A stretch of DNA of 64,000 bases, from the NCBI GenBank assembly GCA_963836755.1, contig CAWIKF010000002.1:1952001-2016000 (forward strand), read 5' to 3'. This DNA is from an uncultured Verrucomicrobiae bacterium (lineage in GTDB: Bacteria > Verrucomicrobiota > Verrucomicrobiia > Chthoniobacterales > Chthoniobacteraceae). The first letter of the stretch is position 1. Each line of letters opens with the position of its first letter. The notes beneath the pieces were generated by a model that saw nothing but the letters and a program-made list of their open reading frames with translations, was not told the origin of the DNA and did no database searches. The translations under genes and the position numbers were made by a program. Positions 58,107 through 64,000 of the stretch are shown piece after piece.

Positions 58107-59068
58107 GCATCACGTATCTCGAGGCGATCCGCGAGGCTCAGGCAAAGGCGCTCACCGACGATCCGCGCGTTTATATTTACGGCCAGGATGTCGGAGAATT
58201 CGGCGGCGCATTCAAGGCGACGAAAAATCTTGCGAAAGAATTTCCCGGCCGCGTGCTCGACGCGCCCTTGAGCGAAGACGCGATTATCGGCAGCGCGATT
58301 GGCGCGGCGATTGAAGGAATGCGTCCGATCATCGAGATGCAATACGCGGATTTTTCGACATGCGGCCTTAATCAGATTGTTAACCATGCGGCAACACTGT
58401 TTTGGCGCACGCAAGTCCCCTGCCCGATCACGATTCGCCTGCCAAGCGGCGGCACCGCGGGCAGCGGGCCGTTTCACAGCCAGAGCATGGAAGCGCTCTA
58501 CGCCACGTATCCCGGCCTCATCGTGATGACTCCCGCGACGGTCGAGGATGTTTACAGCATGCTGCTCGAAGCGGTCGCAATCGATGACCCGGTAATTTTT
58601 TGCGAGCACAAGTATTTGTATTACCATCTCAAGGCTGACGGCTTGCCGACCGAAGCGCTGCCGACTGGCAAAGCCCGCATCGCGCGCGCGGGACGCGACG
58701 TCACGGTCGTCACTTACAGCGCGATGGTGCACGAAGCGCTTGCGATGGCCGAGGAACTCGCGACCGAAGGCACGGAGGTCGAAGTCGTCGATTTACGCTC
58801 TGTTAAACCTTTGGATACAGACACCGTGCTCGCATCAGTCGCGCGCACCGGCCGTTTGCTCGCGGTCGGCGAAGCGTGGCCGTGGGGCGGCGTTACCGCC
58901 GAAGTGGTCGCGCGCGTCGCGTGCGAAGGCTTTGGCTTGCTCGACGCACCACCGCAGCGCCTGAACGCGCGCGAAACTCCTGTCCCCTTTCATCCAAACT
59001 TGTGGGGAACGCATCGCCCCACCGCGCGCAGCATTGCGATCGCCGTGCGCGACCTGCTTCGCCACTAA
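58103..59068 (+). CDS. 2-oxoacid dehydrogenase E1 beta
   Basis: GQDVGEFGGAFK, PLSE, EMQYADF, GPFHSQ. Confidence 0.93.
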   Translation: MSITYLEAIREAQAKALTDDPRVYIYGQDVGEFGGAFKATKNLAKEFPGRVLDAPLSEDAIIGSAIGAAIEGMRPIIEMQYADFSTCGLNQIVNHAATLFWRTQVPCPITIRLPSGGTAGSGPFHSQSMEALYATYPGLIVMTPATVEDVYSMLLEAVAIDDPVIFCEHKYLYYHLKADGLPTEALPTGKARIARAGRDVTVVTYSAMVHEALAMAEELATEGTEVEVVDLRSVKPLDTDTVLASVARTGRLLAVGEAWPWGGVTAEVVARVACEGFGLLDAPPQRLNARETPVPFHPNLWGTHRPTARSIAIAVRDLLRH

Positions 59069-59074
59069 GATTAT

Positions 59075-60280
59075 ATGCCCCAAATTCCCATCATTATGCC
59101 GCAGCTCGGCGAATCAATCGCCGAGGCCACGATCGTGAGCATCGCCGTCAAAGTTGGCGACAAAGTCGAGGCAGACCAGGACGTGATGGAAGTGGAAACG
59201 AACAAGGCCGTGATGGGCGTGACAAGCCCATGCGCGGGCGTGGTCAAACAGCTGGTGGTTGAATTGCAAGAAAGTTATCCCGTCGGAACAGTGCTCGGCT
59301 ACCTTGACGCGACCGCCGCGGAATTGGCGCGAGTCGGTCTAGACACTGCGCCGCCTGCGCCTGCCGTCGGTGAATCTGACACCACCGCGGATGAAAGTTC
59401 CGCATCCCCTGCCCCGAAAAAATCCGGCGTGCAACCGACGGTGCGCGGCTTGCCAGTGCCGGCGCACGCGGCGGGCGCGAGCTACATGTCGCCACGCATG
59501 AAAGCGCGCATGAACGAGCTTGGATTGCATGCCGCAGATCTTGCGGGCATCGCCGGCAGCGGCGCGGCGGGCCGAGTCACCATTGAAGATTTCGAGAAAT
59601 TTCTCACGCAGCTGGAGAAAAATAAAATGAACCCGGCGTCGACGATGCGCGTCGCCGTTGCCGATGCGATGCGCCGCAGTTGGACGCGACCGCTCGCGAC
59701 CGTGGCATTGCCGGTGAACATTGATGCGCTGCTCGCGCATCGAAAAACATCCGACCCGAAACCGGGCCCAGCGCTTTATGCGTTGCGTGCGCTGGCTCTC
59801 GCGCTCGGTGAAAACAGCACGCCTGCCGGCCGCTTGGTTGGCGATCGCATCGTGCATCCGGCGGCGATCGATGTCGGGTTTGCCGTCGAGGCCGAAGACG
59901 GAGTGCTGGTGCCTGTTTTACGCAACGTTGATAAAACAGCGTTAAAAGAACTGGTTTCGCGTTACAATGAATTGGTCGAGCTTGCGCGCCAGCGGCGTTT
60001 GCCGCCGAGCGCGACGGGCGGGTCCATCGCGACGGTGACAAACTTCGGCACGTTCGGGCTCACTTGGGCGACGCCGATTCCGCTGCCGGAGCAAACGATC
60101 GTGCTCGGCATGGGCGCGGGGCGGATTCAGCCGCATTGGGACGCGATGAAGAAACAATTTCTTCCCGTGACCGAGGCAAATCTCACGCTGAGTTTTGATC
60201 ACCGCGTTCTCGATGGAGGAGCCGCTGGCCGTCTGCTGGCGCGGATCGCCGAGCTTTTGGCGGAGCCGGAATCTTTGTAG
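59075..60280 (+). CDS. 2-oxoacid dehydrogenase E2 (dihydrolipoyl acyltransferase)
   Basis: Lipoyl domain EVETNKA; GSGAAGRV E3-binding segment; DHRVLDG. Confidence 0.92.
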   Translation: MPQIPIIMPQLGESIAEATIVSIAVKVGDKVEADQDVMEVETNKAVMGVTSPCAGVVKQLVVELQESYPVGTVLGYLDATAAELARVGLDTAPPAPAVGESDTTADESSASPAPKKSGVQPTVRGLPVPAHAAGASYMSPRMKARMNELGLHAADLAGIAGSGAAGRVTIEDFEKFLTQLEKNKMNPASTMRVAVADAMRRSWTRPLATVALPVNIDALLAHRKTSDPKPGPALYALRALALALGENSTPAGRLVGDRIVHPAAIDVGFAVEAEDGVLVPVLRNVDKTALKELVSRYNELVELARQRRLPPSATGGSIATVTNFGTFGLTWATPIPLPEQTIVLGMGAGRIQPHWDAMKKQFLPVTEANLTLSFDHRVLDGGAAGRLLARIAELLAEPESL

Positions 60281-60286
60281 CGGCCG

Positions 60287-60424
60287 CTACTTTGACGCCG
60301 AAAAAGTCGCAGCCGAATTTTGCTGCGGCGGCGCAGGCGGCGAACTGCGCCACGCGATGAACCACCCGATCAGCGCGCACCACACCAGCACCGCGAAGGC
60401 GCAAACAATTTTCCGACGCGTCAC
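60287..60424 (-). CDS. 45-aa single-TM protein (absent from ORF track)
   Basis: MTRRKIVCAFAVLVWCALIGWFIAWRSSPPAPPQQNSAATFSASK; GTGA overlap with the phhB stop. Confidence 0.5.
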   Translation of the reverse strand: MTRRKIVCAFAVLVWCALIGWFIAWRSSPPAPPQQNSAATFSASK

Positions 60425-60705
60425 TCAGCCAGCGTATCGATCCGCTCGGCCATGTTGAAATCGTTTTCCGTCAAGCCGCCTTCGCTGTGCGTGGAAAGAA
60501 TGATGCGCACTTTATTATAGCGCACGTCGATGTCCGGATGATGCTCCTCCTCCTCCGCGATCTCGGCGACCTGGTTCAGAAAATCGATTGCCTGCGTGAA
60601 GTCGTCGAATTCAAAAGTCCGCTCGATCGTTTTTTTCTCGAGCTCCCACTCGGGGATCTTTTTGAGGGCTTCCTTGATTTCAGATGAGTCGAAAAGTTCT
60701 GACAT
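60421..60705 (-). CDS. phhB: Pterin-4-alpha-carbinolamine dehydratase
   Basis: HHPDI, STHSEGGLTEND. Confidence 0.93.
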   Translation of the reverse strand: MSELFDSSEIKEALKKIPEWELEKKTIERTFEFDDFTQAIDFLNQVAEIAEEEEHHPDIDVRYNKVRIILSTHSEGGLTENDFNMAERIDTLAE

Positions 60706-60841
60706 GGCTTGGGTAAAAAGTTTTTTCAAAAATGCGCAGTCTCCTCCGCGTTGACAATGCAAATAAAGCGGCGGCGGCAATGGAGTTATCGCCCTTGAAC
60801 ATAACGGCGCGCGTGTATAAAAAGCGATTCCTCTTAAAGCT

Positions 60842-61825
60842 ATGGGAAGAATCTTTAACAACATCGTCGAAACCGTCGGCCGCACGCCGCTCGTCAAGCT
60901 GAACCATGTCACCGCGGGCGTTCCTGCGACAATCGCGCTCAAGTGCGAATACTTTAATCCGCTCGGCTCAGTGAAAGATCGCATCGGCATGGCGATGATT
61001 GCGGCCGCGGAAACCGCGGGAACTTTGACGAAAGAAACTGTCATCGTGGAACCGACGAGCGGCAACACCGGCATCGCGCTCGCATTTGTCGCGGCGGCGA
61101 AAGGTTATAAAATCGTCCTGACAATGCCTGAAACGATGAGCCTCGAGCGGCGAACGCTGCTCGCGATGCTCGGCGCGAAGCTTGTGCTGACGCCGGGCGC
61201 CGAGGGAATGAAAGGCGCGATTTCGCGCGCGGAGGAGATCGTGAAAAATACGCCGAACGCGTGGATGCCGCATCAGTTTAACAATCCAGCGAATCCAAAA
61301 GTTCATTTCGAAACGACGGCACCGGAAATTTGGGACGACACGAATGGCGAAGTGGACATCGTCGTCTCGGCCGTCGGCACCGGCGGCACGATCACCGGCT
61401 GCGCGGAATACATGAAGCCGCGCAAAGCTTCATTCCAAGCCATCGCCGTCGAGCCGAAAGATTCGCCAGTCATTTCTCAAACGCTCGCGGGCCAACCGAT
61501 CAAACCCGGCCCGCATAAAATCCAAGGCACCGGCGCGGGATTCGTCCCTGAAAATTTACACCTCAAAGATTCAAGCGGAAATCCGCTCATCACCGAGTGC
61601 GTGCAGGTCACGAACGACGATGCTTTCGCGATGACGCGCCGCCTCGCGAAAGAGGAAGGCATCCTCGCCGGCATCAGCAGCGGCGCGAATGTCTGGGCCG
61701 CGATCGAGGTGGCGAAACGGCCCGAAAACAAAGGTAAACTGATCGTTACATTCGCCTGCTCGACCGGTGAGCGCTATCTCTCCACCGCACTCGCGGCAGA
61801 TGCGCGCGCTGAAGTCGGAGGTTAA
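60842..61825 (+). CDS. cysK: Cysteine synthase A
   Basis: [32 protein letters not shown]. Confidence 0.96.
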   Translation: MGRIFNNIVETVGRTPLVKLNHVTAGVPATIALKCEYFNPLGSVKDRIGMAMIAAAETAGTLTKETVIVEPTSGNTGIALAFVAAAKGYKIVLTMPETMSLERRTLLAMLGAKLVLTPGAEGMKGAISRAEEIVKNTPNAWMPHQFNNPANPKVHFETTAPEIWDDTNGEVDIVVSAVGTGGTITGCAEYMKPRKASFQAIAVEPKDSPVISQTLAGQPIKPGPHKIQGTGAGFVPENLHLKDSSGNPLITECVQVTNDDAFAMTRRLAKEEGILAGISSGANVWAAIEVAKRPENKGKLIVTFACSTGERYLSTALAADARAEVGG

Positions 61826-61831
61826 AAAAAA

Positions 61832-62284
61832 ATGCGCGTGGCAATCGGCGCGGATCACGGTGGCGTGCCGCTCAATGAGCTCGTGATCGCCGAGCTGAAG
61901 CGACTCGGTCACGACGTGATTGACTTCGGCACGCACGATGCTGCCGCGCCCGATGACTATCCCGACTATGCACGCGCCGTTAGCGGAAGTTTGACATCCG
62001 GCCATGCAGACCGCGGCATCATCATCTGCGGCAGCGGCGTTGGCGCGTGCGTCGCCGCGAACAAGTTTGACGGCATTCGCGCCTGCGTCTGTCACGACAC
62101 CTATTCAGCGCGGCAGGGAGTCGAGCACGACGACATGAATGTGCTTTGCCTCGGCGCACGCATCATTGGCTTTGAGCTGGCGCTGGTATTGGTGCGGGCT
62201 TTTCTAGACGCGAACTTTTCAAACGAAGAACGGCATCGCCGCCGGCTCGCGAAGATCGCGCAAATCGAGAGCGGCGAAAACTAG
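61832..62284 (+). CDS. rpiB: Ribose-5-phosphate isomerase B
   Basis: GADHGG, DYPD, CGSGVG, RHRRR. Confidence 0.94.
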   Translation: MRVAIGADHGGVPLNELVIAELKRLGHDVIDFGTHDAAAPDDYPDYARAVSGSLTSGHADRGIIICGSGVGACVAANKFDGIRACVCHDTYSARQGVEHDDMNVLCLGARIIGFELALVLVRAFLDANFSNEERHRRRLAKIAQIESGEN

Positions 62285-63309
62285 CGCTCGCGCAAAAGCT
62301 GCGAGATCAATGCAGGCGCTTCCTCGTGCGCGTTCAATGTGCGCAGCCTGCCCGCGCGGTCGAGGATCCAAAGTGTCGGCAGCGTATTGATTCCGAGCGA
62401 GCGCACGAGAGGGCTGAGCCAACCTTTGCCATCGCAAAAAACCGGCCAGTTGATGCTGCGCGTGCGCAAAGCCGCATCGACGGCGAAGCGATTGGCGTCA
62501 AGGTTGATGCCGAGCGCTTGCACACTTCCCGCCGGATAAGCTGCCGATAGATCGCGCACCACATCGAGCTCTTCCATCGAGGGCGGCGACCAGCTCGCAA
62601 AAAAATAAACGAACACCACTTTGCCGCGAAAATTTTTCACATCAATCGCCGTTCCGCTTGTGGAAGTGAATGCAAGCGGAACTGGATTTCCGAGGAAGGC
62701 GATGCGTTTCAAATCGTCCTCGATTCGTTGCTTCAGATCCGCATTTTTCGCGCTGGCAAGCGCAGTTTCGAGTAGCTCTTTTTTCTGCTCGGGCTTCGAA
62801 TCGTAAAGCGTCGCAACCTCCGCGAACAGCGCTGCGATCCGGCGGTCGGCGGGAAACTTTTCTGCGAAGGCTTTTGTTTTGTTTAACAAAATGGCACGCG
62901 CGTTTTCGTCCGCCCGAGACATCTGACGCATGAAAAGGGAAATGCGCGCGAATTCTACATCGGCAACTTTTTCCGGAGGCGCTTCCTTCTCGAGGCGGTT
63001 GAGAAGATCCATCGCTTCGACTCGCGGCTTTGCGCTATTTTGCAGATCGCCGAGGGTCCCGAGCAAATGGACGAGCCGCAGCCGCGCCTCAAAAGTGTGC
63101 GGATCCGTCGGATATTTTGCGACGAAATCGCGGAGCGCTTTTTCCTGGCGCTCGAGAAACGCCAATGTCGTCGCACGCGCCTCTTCACGCGTTTTCCACG
63201 TCGCCTTTGGGCCGGCGTCAAGATTGACGATCTGCTGCCAATCCTCCTCCACGCTGGCGAGCGCACCGCTGGTGAGCAATGCGAAAAGGAACAACGTGCA
63301 CCAGTTCAT
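62281..63309 (-). CDS. Secreted helical-repeat + TlpA-like thioredoxin-fold protein lacking CxxC
   Basis: GKVVFVYFFASWSPPS...LGINLD...INTLPTLWILDRAG. Confidence 0.8.
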   Translation of the reverse strand: MNWCTLFLFALLTSGALASVEEDWQQIVNLDAGPKATWKTREEARATTLAFLERQEKALRDFVAKYPTDPHTFEARLRLVHLLGTLGDLQNSAKPRVEAMDLLNRLEKEAPPEKVADVEFARISLFMRQMSRADENARAILLNKTKAFAEKFPADRRIAALFAEVATLYDSKPEQKKELLETALASAKNADLKQRIEDDLKRIAFLGNPVPLAFTSTSGTAIDVKNFRGKVVFVYFFASWSPPSMEELDVVRDLSAAYPAGSVQALGINLDANRFAVDAALRTRSINWPVFCDGKGWLSPLVRSLGINTLPTLWILDRAGRLRTLNAHEEAPALISQLLRER

Positions 63310-64000
63310 TCGGTGCGGATCGTGGCGATGATCGGCCGGTGATCGCTGGCATCGTTCCACGTTGCGCCGCGATAAACACTCGACTTCGCATGTTCAACGT
63401 TTTGGGAAAGCAGACGGTTCACGAAAATGTAGTCGATGCGCGAGTAAAGCCCCGCGACCTGCCAATACTGAGTCCATCGGTCGCCGAGCTCATCTTTCAG
63501 TGGCAGGTCGGTCAATCGCTGCACCGAACTCCGCGGACCGGCGATTTCCATAATGGCCGGCTCATTTCGAAGCTCGTTAAAATCTCCGTAGACGAGCAGA
63601 CGAACGTCGCTGTTAGTCAAAATTTCATCGACGTGCTGCCGAAGAAGATGCGCTTCGTTGCGCCGCACCAGCGCTTCATTTTCCGGCACTTCACGCTTGG
63701 ATTTGAGATGCACGCCGATCAGCCGCAGCGTGAACTTTGGCGCGATTTGCACCGTCACGTCGAGAAAGCCTCGTTTCACTTTTTGCTGATGACCATCGAG
63801 CTGATACGGCACATCGGTCATCGACTGGTGCGACGAAATCGGGAACCGGCTGAAAAGCGCGAGATGCCGGTCGGGATCGGCGGCCTCGACGTATTCAGAA
63901 TCGGTGTAGCCGAGACCGGCCTTTTGCAGGCGCGCTTTGAAGTCCTCAAAATCCGAGCGCACTCCCAGCTCGCAGACGCCGAGAATATCGGGATGAATCG
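63306..64000 (-). CDS. Endonuclease/exonuclease/phosphatase family protein (5' part outside window)
   Basis: VHLKS, GDFN, IDYIF, ASDHRP. Confidence 0.9.
   Translation of the reverse strand, partial: IHPDILGVCELGVRSDFEDFKARLQKAGLGYTDSEYVEAADPDRHLALFSRFPISSHQSMTDVPYQLDGHQQKVKRGFLDVTVQIAPKFTLRLIGVHLKSKREVPENEALVRRNEAHLLRQHVDEILTNSDVRLLVYGDFNELRNEPAIMEIAGPRSSVQRLTDLPLKDELGDRWTQYWQVAGLYSRIDYIFVNRLLSQNVEHAKSSVYRGATWNDASDHRPIIATIRTE

Overview
GC-rich bacterial chromosome segment. Gene order and protein families suggest Verrucomicrobiota, probably Chthoniobacterales-like (inference). Most of it is housekeeping: acpP, trpA, dapF-dapA-dapB-folK-panB, accA, nadE, a pilMNOP-like cluster, pfkA, guaA, nusA-infB-rbfA-nrnA-truB-ribF-hpnO, dgt, parA, tlyA-nadK, ACP plus a 2-oxoacid dehydrogenase E1a/E1b/E2, cysK and rpiB, with tRNA-Arg(CCG), tRNA-Lys(TTT) and tRNA-Val(GAC). 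Three accessory regions stand out. (1) A ~5.1 kb integrase-less island at tRNA-Val, bounded by a degenerate copy of the tRNA 3' end at 43926-43944. It holds relics of a rolling-circle/filamentous-phage-like module (SSB-like ORF plus truncated Rep-like ORF) and an integron cassette array without integrase (3 attC sites) carrying an HNH nuclease and an Mrr fragment. (2) A ~1.5 kb element between two dif-like sites (15-bp direct repeat TTTATATTACATATA) encoding a ribbon-helix-helix protein and a small basic KGG-type peptide, a candidate minimal Xer-exploiting element. (3) A mosaic cargo region after tRNA-Lys. There is also a frameshifted SWIM-SNF2 helicase, several apparent pseudo-enzymes and small ORFs missing from the ORF track. 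All calls come from motif recognition by eye; no searches were run.
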